A stretch of DNA of 57,499 bases from Acidobacteriota bacterium (GTDB lineage: Bacteria > Acidobacteriota > DATKUA01 > JAFGBY01). Of the stretch, positions 25,999 through 34,225 are shown one piece after another. A program made the translations under genes and the position numbers. The notes under the pieces were generated by a model. The model ran no database searches and was not told where the DNA came from. It saw only the letters and a program-made list of their open reading frames with translations. Within the stretch, counting starts at the first letter, position 1; each line of letters opens with the position of its first letter. The stretch spans positions 1 through 57,499 of the forward strand of contig JAFGBY010000106.1 in assembly GCA_016932915.1 (NCBI GenBank), in the 5' to 3' direction.

Positions 25999-26982
25999 AT
26001 GAAGTGTTATTTTTTATGTTCAGCATTAATAGTTTTACTCATTTCCTCATCTTTAGTTTGGGGCAGTGAGGTTATTAAATTCAAACACGCAAATCAGAGT
26101 GATGAACCGGTAATCTTTGCCCCGGGAATAATTTCCACTGGGCAGGAAGAGAGTTCTATAACTTTTACTCCGGATGGTATCAATTGTTATCTGGTAATTC
26201 AGGGTTCTATTTATTTCAGTAAATTCGTGGGAGGGCAATGGAGTGAACCGGTATTGGCTCCATTCTCCGGCAAATATATGGATATAACACCTCATATATC
26301 ACCGGATGGCGCTCGTTTCTATTGGACCTCTTACCGCCCGTTAGATGGTGGAGAGGAGCCAAGTAAATATACAAACATATGGTATATGGATAAAATCGGA
26401 GATGGATGGAGTGAACCTAAGCCTGTCGGCCCTCCTGTCAATGGTGAGTATGATGCCGACAGCCCATCAGTTACTTGTGATGGCACACTTTACTTTGGCG
26501 CTTATTTTGAGGATGTCGGCGCAAGGGTTCTTAGATCCCGTATGAAAAATGGAGAATTTACTAAACCCGAATTACTTCCTGAAACTATAAACCATGGCTC
26601 GGCATTTCACGGTTGTATCGCACCCGATGAAAGCTATCTTGTAATCCCGATGTTTGGGAAAAAAGATTCATATGGCTCGACCGATTATTATATCTCATTC
26701 AGGGATAAGGATGATAATTGGACCCCGGTAATAAACATGGGTAAAGCGGTTAATTCATCAAAAGTTGAATCCGGCCCTTATATTACCGCGGATGGAAAAT
26801 ACTTTTTCTTTGGTGGGTATGCAGATCCTGTAGCACAATTTGACGAACCTGTGACCTATCAAAAAATTCTTTCTATGCATACGAAAGCTGGATATGAAAA
26901 GGGTGATATATATTGGGTAAGTAGCAGCTATATAGAGAAATTGCGCGCAATTGCTTATCAAAAAAACGGAGATGATCAATGA
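25999..26982 (+). CDS. Secreted PD40/TolB-like beta-propeller repeat protein
   Basis: Signal peptide, then repeated [IV]-[ST]-P-D-G-x-x-hydrophobic-hydrophobic motifs (ITFTPDGINCYL, ISPDGARFYW, VTCDGTLYF, IAPDESYLV, ITADGKYFFF). AAGGAG RBS before ATG 25999. Confidence 0.72.
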   Translation: MKCYFLCSALIVLLISSSLVWGSEVIKFKHANQSDEPVIFAPGIISTGQEESSITFTPDGINCYLVIQGSIYFSKFVGGQWSEPVLAPFSGKYMDITPHISPDGARFYWTSYRPLDGGEEPSKYTNIWYMDKIGDGWSEPKPVGPPVNGEYDADSPSVTCDGTLYFGAYFEDVGARVLRSRMKNGEFTKPELLPETINHGSAFHGCIAPDESYLVIPMFGKKDSYGSTDYYISFRDKDDNWTPVINMGKAVNSSKVESGPYITADGKYFFFGGYADPVAQFDEPVTYQKILSMHTKAGYEKGDIYWVSSSYIEKLRAIAYQKNGDDQ

Positions 26983-27995
26983 GAACAAAAATAACTCTTC
27001 TGGAGAAATATATTATTTTAATATTATGCGTGGGATTTATGACAGGTGTAGACTTGAAAGCTTTAGAAAGTGAAAATTCGGCTGATTCCGCACCGGAAAT
27101 CTTTTTGCCGGGGATTGTCTCGACGGGGTTAGATGAATTTGACATTTGTATCTCACCCGATGGAAACGAGATTTTTTATACTGTTTTTGTTGATGGAGTG
27201 GGTGCTATCATAACAGTAAAAAATAGTGAAGGCATCTGGAGTCATCCGGAAGTCGCTTCGTTTTCTGGAAAATATTCCGATTTATCTCCTATTTTTCATC
27301 CGAATGGCGTTGATCTATATTTTATTTCAAACAGGCCTCTGGATAATAATTCAGTTCCCGAAAAATATTTTAATGTTTGGGTCATTCACAAAATGGATAC
27401 TGGTTGGAGCGAGCCGAAAGCGCTTGGGTCTCCAGTTAATGGGAATTGGTCGGTAGGCAGCCCGCATATACTTGAAGATAATACATTGTATTTTTCCAAG
27501 AGGATTGACGGTAAATGGGATGGAATATACAGAGCATTGTATAAAAATGGAATGTACTCGTTGCCGGAGAAACTTCCATTGAACATATCATTTGTTGAAC
27601 CTCATTTTTTTCACGGTCATATAGATCCGTTTTTTGCTCAAGCGAATTTCAGCATTGCTGTGGATGGAAGTTATCTGATTGTGTCTTCTGTGAAAGGAAA
27701 AGGCGCTCAGGGTAGATCTGATTTGTATATCATCCAACGGGATAAGGATGATAACTGGAGTGAACCTCTTAACCTTGGAGCAGCCATAAATTCCAGAGAA
27801 TACGAAATATCTTCATTCCTTTCGTTGGACGGAAAATTTCTTTACTATCAAAGCAGCGTCCCCAAGATACATATCAAGATGGATAAGTCAGTTAAATACC
27901 CGGATCTGAAAAACGACCTGTTAAAACCCGAAACAGGAAGCATGGACATCTATAGAATTAATATCGATAAGATATTAGATTTAATAAAACATTAG
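26979..27995 (+). CDS. Secreted PD40/TolB-like beta-propeller repeat protein (paralogue of 25999..26982)
   Basis: ATGA overlap with the upstream gene. Collinear similarity to it (IFLPGIVSTG..ISPDGNEIFY..FSGKYSD..WSEPKALGSPVNG..). Confidence 0.72.
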   Translation: MRTKITLLEKYIILILCVGFMTGVDLKALESENSADSAPEIFLPGIVSTGLDEFDICISPDGNEIFYTVFVDGVGAIITVKNSEGIWSHPEVASFSGKYSDLSPIFHPNGVDLYFISNRPLDNNSVPEKYFNVWVIHKMDTGWSEPKALGSPVNGNWSVGSPHILEDNTLYFSKRIDGKWDGIYRALYKNGMYSLPEKLPLNISFVEPHFFHGHIDPFFAQANFSIAVDGSYLIVSSVKGKGAQGRSDLYIIQRDKDDNWSEPLNLGAAINSREYEISSFLSLDGKFLYYQSSVPKIHIKMDKSVKYPDLKNDLLKPETGSMDIYRINIDKILDLIKH

Positions 27996-28060
27996 TAATC
28001 ACAAAAGGGTTTTAGATTATTTAGGGGTACTATTTTGTAGAATTGTACTTCTGATCTTAA

Positions 28061-28076
28061 TGTAATCTTCCTTACA
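28061..28076. promoter_or_regulatory. TGTAA-N6-TTACA palindrome (candidate dimeric-regulator site)
   Basis: tgtaatcttccttaca, 64 nt upstream of ATG 28125. A degenerate copy (tgtaatctatctaact, 29812..29827) sits the same 64 nt upstream of ATG 29876. Confidence 0.4.
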
Positions 28077-28124
28077 GTTATTCGATATATTTATGATATA
28101 TAAATATTTGTATGAGGAGACGAC

Positions 28125-29744
28125 ATGTTCAACTTAAAAATACCAATACAAAGTTTTAAGTACTTCTATGTAATAATTATCTTTATCATATTGTTTGGCG
28201 TAACACAGGTTATCGCCGAAACAGGTGATTTACCTGATGTATATATAGATAAAGTTGATGTAGTACCGTTCTCAGGTCCATCTTTGGTTGACGGACAGAA
28301 AGCGATCATGAAATGCCTTGTTAAAAGGGGTAACAAAGAAGTTCCCACATTCCACGTGGCTTTTTTTATGGGGCATCAGCTGATAAAAGAAGTGCGTGTC
28401 AAGAAAAACCAGTTCATATCAGGGGAGAAGCTGGTCCAGGCAGGATTCAAATATAATGCTTCCATAGCAGATTATAGTTGCATAGCTGATAACAGGAACA
28501 TTATAAAGGAATCTAACGAGACGAATAATAAGATGGGGATATCGGTAGCATCTACTTCTGAAAACACGAATGAAAAAGATCCGACAACTCCGGGTGGCGG
28601 TGATGACTCGCCAAAGAATAAACAACAGTCTCTCGATCTTGCAGTTACCAAAATCTCAGTTGATACAGGTGGAACTGAAGTCATTGATAAGGTCAGATGC
28701 TATTATAAATATGTTGGTGATCCGGTTGAGACACCCTGGCAGGTGGAATTTACTGCGCGCAATGAAAGCATTAAGGAAACAGTGACAGCAGGTAAAGCGG
28801 AGCTGCAGAAAGGCGAAGGATATATTGAGATCGCCGGTTTTTCCAAATATAGTCTAAAGACAACCGACCAGGATATGAACCTTAAATGTATACTTGATTC
28901 CGGGAATACCCTGACAGAGCAGAATGAACTGAATAATGAGGCTACATATCAACCAATAAAAATCATTGTTATTAATCCGACTCAACCAAAAGCGCAGTCA
29001 CCTACTTCTGACCTGATAGCAAAGAAAGTTGTTGTTGTCCCAAAATCCGGAACTAACGATGTTGATGAGATATGGTGTTTCTATGAGTTTAAGGGTACAC
29101 CTATCCCTTCATCTCAGCTTAAATATGAGATGATTGTTGAAGGCCTTTTGACCTTTAAAAGACCGGGTAATTTCAATGTTACAAAACAGGGGCAAAGTTT
29201 CATATTTATTAAAAATTTTATTGATACTTTCGGGATGCACCTGGATTACAGGAATATGAATAAGAAAATATCCTGTAAACTTGATACCGGAAATGACATC
29301 AAGGAAACTTATGAGACAAACAATTCGGTTTCCTTTAATGTCAATGATAACAAAATGCCGGCATTCGCGCCCTCTGACGCGATTTTCCCCGATCTTAAGA
29401 TTGATGAAGTAGGTTATGACCGGAAGACGGGGGTTACGCAGATTTTTGGTGTAAACTTGATCGGGAATTATTCCTGCAAATGGTCTTTAAACGGCCCAGA
29501 GGTTAAAGGAACGGCTGTTCTGAAAATGACTTTAGGCAGTGCCGAGATTTATAAGGTTACTCTGACGGAGGAAGATCTTAAGAAATATGGCGGAACTATT
29601 GAGATCGGGTATAAGGGTAACAATTTAGCTCCGATTGGAACATCACAATCAGTAATTTATAAATGTGCGATAGATACATCAGATCAGGTATTTGAAGCTG
29701 ATGAATCCAACAACAGCAAGCAGATAGAGTTTAGGTGGAAGTAA
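28125..29744 (+). CDS. Secreted protein with four CARDB-like domains
   Basis: 539 aa with a signal peptide. LPDVYIDKVDVVP...FHVAFFMG...IADNRNIIKESNETNN is a CARDB signature. Three more units end in TEQNELNN, KETYETNN and EADESNN. GAGGAG RBS. Confidence 0.75.
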   Translation: MFNLKIPIQSFKYFYVIIIFIILFGVTQVIAETGDLPDVYIDKVDVVPFSGPSLVDGQKAIMKCLVKRGNKEVPTFHVAFFMGHQLIKEVRVKKNQFISGEKLVQAGFKYNASIADYSCIADNRNIIKESNETNNKMGISVASTSENTNEKDPTTPGGGDDSPKNKQQSLDLAVTKISVDTGGTEVIDKVRCYYKYVGDPVETPWQVEFTARNESIKETVTAGKAELQKGEGYIEIAGFSKYSLKTTDQDMNLKCILDSGNTLTEQNELNNEATYQPIKIIVINPTQPKAQSPTSDLIAKKVVVVPKSGTNDVDEIWCFYEFKGTPIPSSQLKYEMIVEGLLTFKRPGNFNVTKQGQSFIFIKNFIDTFGMHLDYRNMNKKISCKLDTGNDIKETYETNNSVSFNVNDNKMPAFAPSDAIFPDLKIDEVGYDRKTGVTQIFGVNLIGNYSCKWSLNGPEVKGTAVLKMTLGSAEIYKVTLTEEDLKKYGGTIEIGYKGNNLAPIGTSQSVIYKCAIDTSDQVFEADESNNSKQIEFRWK

Positions 29745-29762
29745 TTTATAATTAAAATATTA

Positions 29763-29787
29763 GGGTACAGGGATTATCCCTGGACCC
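29763..29787 (+). repeat. Hairpin related to the GGGTTCA family (likely terminator)
   Basis: gggtacagggattatccctggaccc then ttt. One internal mismatch. Located 19 nt after the stop at 29744. Confidence 0.6.
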
Positions 29788-29875
29788 TTTAAAATTATCC
29801 ATCTGTAAAAGTGTAATCTATCTAACTATATTTTTGCGAAAATATGGTCATAATAAAATATCAAAAGGGGATTCC

Positions 29876-31075
29876 ATGAATATAAAAAATATTAGGAGTT
29901 TTTTAAAAACTTGTTTTCTGTTGATATGTTTGTTTATAAGTTTGGGCGTTTTAGAAACTTCAGGCGCTGTTGTAGAGCTACCTGATATTTATATTGATAA
30001 AATTGAAATTGTGCCGTTCCAGGGTGATCAATTTAAAAATGATGAGAAAGCTCTAATCAAATGTTCGGTGAAACGCAATGAAACTGCGGTTGGGGATTTT
30101 CATGTAGCTTTTTATCAAGGGACAAATTTTTTAAAGGAAATACGCGTTCAACCGAATCAATTTAAAAATGGTGTAATTATCCTTGAAGCTGGATTTAAAT
30201 ATAATTCAGCAATCAAGACATATTCATGTGTTGCAGATTCAAGGAACAAAATAAAGGAATCCGATGAAGTAAATAACCGAAAAGAACATGATATTAGCAC
30301 TCAGCCGCAGACCTTGGTATCAGTAATAACTATTCCCACGCTGACTCAGACAGTAGTCTCAAAACCTGTGAACGATATCCAGCCTATTGGTATGTACATG
30401 CGATATGAAAATGGGCAGTTCACTGGCCAGGTGTACTGTTTTTTCCATCATACAGCTGAGAACGTGGAAGTGCCCTGGGAAAGCGGATTAATATATGGAA
30501 AAGTGTATTGGCGGAGTCAACCAAGTAAGGGTGAATACGGCGCTGTAATTTTTAAGATTCCGACCACTTTTACTAAAGAGATGTTTAACGGGAAAGCGAT
30601 TTGCAGCCTGGACAATATGAATGTTATCAAGGAAACAGATGAGCAGAACAACAGGCTAGTTTATAATATGAGTAAAAACTTTGTGCCGCGGGGAGAACAT
30701 TTTTACGCAGCATTGCTGCCATACCAGGTTGTGCCCAGGCGGGATTTTGAGATAACTGCACTGGAGTGGGAAGCGGAACATAGGCTGAGCAGTATGGCAT
30801 CAATGATTCCAAAGGGTAAGTTCAAATGTAAATGGGTGTATAAAGGTGATGCTGACTTACACAATTGGAAAATCAATCTGACATGGAATGGCTCCACAAT
30901 TGATCAAACAACAATTATTACTTCTTCGAGTCACAGTGAAGGCTTAATAGAATTCAAGTTTAACGGAATGGATTCGGGTCCGGAACAGATGATCGTAAAG
31001 TGTATTGCAGATCCGGTAAATGAAATAAAAGAAAATAATGAAGACAACAATACGGGTGAGCATATATTCAAATGA
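29876..31075 (+). CDS. Secreted protein with three CARDB-like domains (paralogue)
   Basis: ATG 29876 (MNIKNIRSF..., signal peptide) is preferred to TTG 29834. LPDIYIDKIEIVPFQG...VADSRNKIKESDEVNN, then units ending in KETDEQNN and KENNEDNN. Confidence 0.75.
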   Translation: MNIKNIRSFLKTCFLLICLFISLGVLETSGAVVELPDIYIDKIEIVPFQGDQFKNDEKALIKCSVKRNETAVGDFHVAFYQGTNFLKEIRVQPNQFKNGVIILEAGFKYNSAIKTYSCVADSRNKIKESDEVNNRKEHDISTQPQTLVSVITIPTLTQTVVSKPVNDIQPIGMYMRYENGQFTGQVYCFFHHTAENVEVPWESGLIYGKVYWRSQPSKGEYGAVIFKIPTTFTKEMFNGKAICSLDNMNVIKETDEQNNRLVYNMSKNFVPRGEHFYAALLPYQVVPRRDFEITALEWEAEHRLSSMASMIPKGKFKCKWVYKGDADLHNWKINLTWNGSTIDQTTIITSSSHSEGLIEFKFNGMDSGPEQMIVKCIADPVNEIKENNEDNNTGEHIFK

Positions 31076-31108
31076 TAATATTAATAACAAACGAAGAAAG
31101 GTGAAATT

Positions 31109-32299
31109 GTGAAATTTTTACCAATTGTTTTGATGCTTATTTTGGGATTGACTATATCGGTTTGGGTTTTTATGGTGCAGGCTGCAAAGGATTTACCTGA
31201 TATTTACATTGATAAAATAGAGATAAAACCATTCCAGGGGACAGAATTTAAAGATGGCGCGAAAGCTATAATGAAATGTACAGTCAAGAGGGGAAATGTA
31301 CCTGCAAACGCTTTTCATGTAGCTTTTTATCAGGGCTCAAAATTTATTAAAGAAATCCGTATAACACCGACACAGTTTACAAGTGGTGAGATTATCCTTA
31401 GTGCTGGATTCAATTACGATAAAAACATATTTAAATATTCCTGCGTTGCGGATTCAAGAAATACAGTCAGTGAATCAAATGAGAATAACAATAAAAAAGA
31501 ATACACATATCTGCCGATTACTTACATTAATCCTGATGAAGTGGAGACTGTTCCGATTGAAGTAGTGGGTGATATCTCTGCAGATAGTATAATGATAACT
31601 GAAGTGTCAAGTTTTGTAGAATATTATCAAGTTCATTGTTTTTATCATTACAAAGGCCCCGAACTTGAAAAACCGATTCAGGCATCTATGTCTATAAAAG
31701 CTTTAAACCCGTCTTCTTTTGTGATTAGTCAAACTATTAAACCAAAACCGGATGAATATGGCATAGCTACTTTTGAGTTCAGGGATGATCATTCGATAGA
31801 TGAATTTAGTGGAAAATTAAAATGTATTTTTGATATGCCGAATACTCTAAAAGAATATAATGAGAGTAATAATACAGCCGTTTTCGATAAAAATAATAAT
31901 ATTGTGCCTTCAGGGTCATATCCGCATCCGATAATAATTAAACCAGTCATCTTGCCGGATATAAAAGCCATGGCTTTTACGCTGAAAAGAGACACTTCTT
32001 TTTCTGATGTTATTACTAATATTATTCCTCCGGGCACATTTTATTGTTCATGGGCATGGGAAGGCGATCCTGCTGATGCTGAGTGGAAAATAAGCCTTTA
32101 TATTGATGACAAGGAAGTTGAATCAAAGGTAATAACTAAAGCGGAGACGTTGAAGAGAATCGGCATAGTTCAGTTCGCCAGCAAAGGTTACCCCGGATCT
32201 ACGAGTTCGACCAGAAAAGCAAAATGTGTAGTGGATCCGAATAATAAAATAAAGGAAAGAGACGAAACGAACAACGAGAAGACCATAACCTATCAGTAA
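31109..32299 (+). CDS. Secreted protein with three CARDB-like domains (paralogue)
   Basis: GTG start 5 nt after GAAAGGTG. Signal peptide. LPDIYIDKIEIKPFQG...VADSRNTVSESNENNN, then KEYNESNN and KERDETNN. Only 33 nt after the previous gene. Confidence 0.75.
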   Translation: MKFLPIVLMLILGLTISVWVFMVQAAKDLPDIYIDKIEIKPFQGTEFKDGAKAIMKCTVKRGNVPANAFHVAFYQGSKFIKEIRITPTQFTSGEIILSAGFNYDKNIFKYSCVADSRNTVSESNENNNKKEYTYLPITYINPDEVETVPIEVVGDISADSIMITEVSSFVEYYQVHCFYHYKGPELEKPIQASMSIKALNPSSFVISQTIKPKPDEYGIATFEFRDDHSIDEFSGKLKCIFDMPNTLKEYNESNNTAVFDKNNNIVPSGSYPHPIIIKPVILPDIKAMAFTLKRDTSFSDVITNIIPPGTFYCSWAWEGDPADAEWKISLYIDDKEVESKVITKAETLKRIGIVQFASKGYPGSTSSTRKAKCVVDPNNKIKERDETNNEKTITYQ

Positions 32300-32343
32300 A
32301 GCGATTAGAAAATAAAAGTAGGTATATGTTATAAGTTGATTTT

Positions 32344-32372
32344 GCGGGTTCAAAGATCATCCTTGAACCCGC
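32344..32372 (+). repeat. GGGTTCA-type hairpin repeat (likely terminator of the CARDB genes)
   Basis: gcgggttcaaagatcatccttgaacccgc, matching 34165..34193 at 28 of 29 positions. Confidence 0.85.
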
Positions 32373-32386
32373 AGAAAAATAATGTT

Positions 32387-32427
32387 GTCATTCTCCGGGA
32401 TACTCCAAAGGGTTACAGCGGAGAATC
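32387..32427 (+). repeat. GTCAT-type hairpin repeat, large-loop variant
   Basis: gtcattctccg-21 nt-cggagaatc: an 8-bp stem attctccg/cggagaat. Confidence 0.65.
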
Positions 32428-32643
32428 TCCCTTTTAATCAAAAAAATAAGATGCAGTTGTTCGGCAGCTATCTCTCGAAGAATATTCGAGCATGAGTTTT
32501 TTATTATCGCGGCTAGGCCGCCGCTCCTAAATAAGCATCGATATATCAGAGGAGCAATCTTTATTGGTAGAGTACAATATTATATTTGACACGAACTGAA
32601 AATAATTACATATTATCTGTATATTTACGGTTGGAGATTATAC

Positions 32644-33825
32644 ATGAATAGTAAGTATTTATATGTCCTGTTGCCTATTATTATTGCATTAGTTGTTTTT
32701 GTAATTTATTACTTTGTGATTTCAAAAGAGCCTGATATTCAGCAAGGATATATCCCATTCGAGAAACCGTACAGCATTCAACCTGTTTTTAGTGAAGAAA
32801 AGGCGGATGATATCAATTACCAGTTATATAAACCGGGCAATATGACAACTGATGATAATGGCAACGTTTATATAATGGATGGAGGCAACAGCCGGATCGT
32901 CAAGTTCAACAGCAAGGGAGAATATGTTACTTCCTGGGGTCAATTAGGAGCTGCTCCAAAAGATTTTGGATTTAATGATATGGATGCGGGTAAAATTTGT
33001 TATAAAAATGGAAAAGTATATGTTTATGATAAATACCTTGACCGTGTACAGATATTTGATACTGAAGGAAATTATATTGAGGGCTTTAATCTTGAATCTA
33101 TAAAACCGTTTTATGGCTTATTAGTTGATTTAAAAGGGAATATATATATAGCTCATGCCCTGGATCTGGAGACTGATAGTACAATAGATGTTTATTCAAG
33201 AGCAGGAGCAGTATATAAATATAAAAAAAGTATAGCCCCGTTACCTTTTGCTATCTCAAGTGATGGTTTAAATAAACTTTCATTAGATCAACTAGCGCTT
33301 GTTCATTTCTTTACATTATCATTCATCCAACAAGATGAAAAAGAAAATATATACCTGGTGTTCTATACATACCCTTTGATAAGGAAGTATTCCACTGACG
33401 GAAAGCTGATCTGGTCAAGGACATATTTTGACATAAGCGAATCGTTACCGCATTCCGCCAGCCCTATTTCGGTGAGATATAGAACGTTTCCCAAGCCTGA
33501 GGATGTGAAATTAGACTGGTTACTGGATAAAAATAATTTACACAAATTTTCAGTAGTTTTTTCAGTTGATATTATTAATAAGCGATTATTAATTGATGGT
33601 TATCCTCATGGGCAAATATATGTATTAAATTATGATGGGGATATCCTGGGGGCGTACTATCCGTTCGATATACTTAAAAAAGATCCTGATTATCTTGCCG
33701 AGCACTTTACTTATAGCGATGAAATAAAACCCGCGTGGAAATTATGTTATGACAGTGTGACCGGGAGAGGCTATTTCACGCATATTTTTGATGCATTGTT
33801 TTATATGGGAACATTAGATCATTAA
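32644..33825 (+). CDS. Membrane-anchored NHL-repeat (six-bladed beta-propeller type) protein
   Basis: 393 aa. N-terminal TM anchor (YVLLPIIIALVVFVIYYFVI). NHL-like blades (DDNGNVYIMDGGNSRIVKFNSKGEY, GKVYVYDKYLDRVQIFDTEGNY, LKGNIYIAH). Confidence 0.68.
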   Translation: MNSKYLYVLLPIIIALVVFVIYYFVISKEPDIQQGYIPFEKPYSIQPVFSEEKADDINYQLYKPGNMTTDDNGNVYIMDGGNSRIVKFNSKGEYVTSWGQLGAAPKDFGFNDMDAGKICYKNGKVYVYDKYLDRVQIFDTEGNYIEGFNLESIKPFYGLLVDLKGNIYIAHALDLETDSTIDVYSRAGAVYKYKKSIAPLPFAISSDGLNKLSLDQLALVHFFTLSFIQQDEKENIYLVFYTYPLIRKYSTDGKLIWSRTYFDISESLPHSASPISVRYRTFPKPEDVKLDWLLDKNNLHKFSVVFSVDIINKRLLIDGYPHGQIYVLNYDGDILGAYYPFDILKKDPDYLAEHFTYSDEIKPAWKLCYDSVTGRGYFTHIFDALFYMGTLDH

Positions 33826-33840
33826 AAAATAGAGGTAAGT

Positions 33841-34122
33841 ATGAATAAGTATCTTATGTTGCTCTCTTTGTCTCTTGTAGTGGCTATATTGATATTCATG
33901 TCAGGTATTTTTTCAACAGATTCTATAAAAGCTGAACAATGCGAGCAAGATCAAGGCTGTAGCTGGGTAACCTGTATTGGGAAGTGCGCTGGTGGAGAAG
34001 GTGGAGGATGTACTGATGGTGAAGTAAAGTGGGATCCTATACAAAGGGATGGACGATATATAATCTGTACGGGTTCTACATATTGTAATGGTTATAAGTG
34101 GATTATCAGTTGTGCAAATTGA
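33841..34122 (+). CDS. Secreted cysteine-rich miniprotein (8 Cys in ~62 mature residues)
   Basis: 93 aa. Sec-type signal MNKYLMLLSLSLVVAILIFMSGIFSTDSIKA. Mature part EQCEQDQGCSWVTCIGKCAGGEGGGCTDGE...IICTGSTYCNGYKWIISCAN. GAGG RBS, 15 nt after the NHL gene. Confidence 0.6.
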   Translation: MNKYLMLLSLSLVVAILIFMSGIFSTDSIKAEQCEQDQGCSWVTCIGKCAGGEGGGCTDGEVKWDPIQRDGRYIICTGSTYCNGYKWIISCAN

Positions 34123-34164
34123 TGAGATAATCTAATACAATTGTTTTAAATAATTAAATCTTTT

Positions 34165-34193
34165 GCGGGTTCAAGGATCATCCTTGAACCCGC
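34165..34193 (+). terminator. Bidirectional terminator-like hairpin of the GGGTTCA family
   Basis: gcgggttcaagg-atcat-ccttgaacccgc: a perfect 12-bp stem between the convergent genes 33841..34122 (+) and 34226..34933 (-). Confidence 0.8.
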
Positions 34194-34225
34194 ATTGTGT
34201 TTTCCTTCAACTCTGATTCGAGAGA

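Noticed and set aside
25746-34193. Same-strand genes each followed by an imperfect inverted repeat, considered as integron gene cassettes with attC sites.
   Set aside because: The hairpins are only 25-29 nt, whereas attC sites are roughly 60-140 nt. They lack the GTTRRRY / RYYYAAC core sites and follow only some genes. No intI integrase or attI is in the window.
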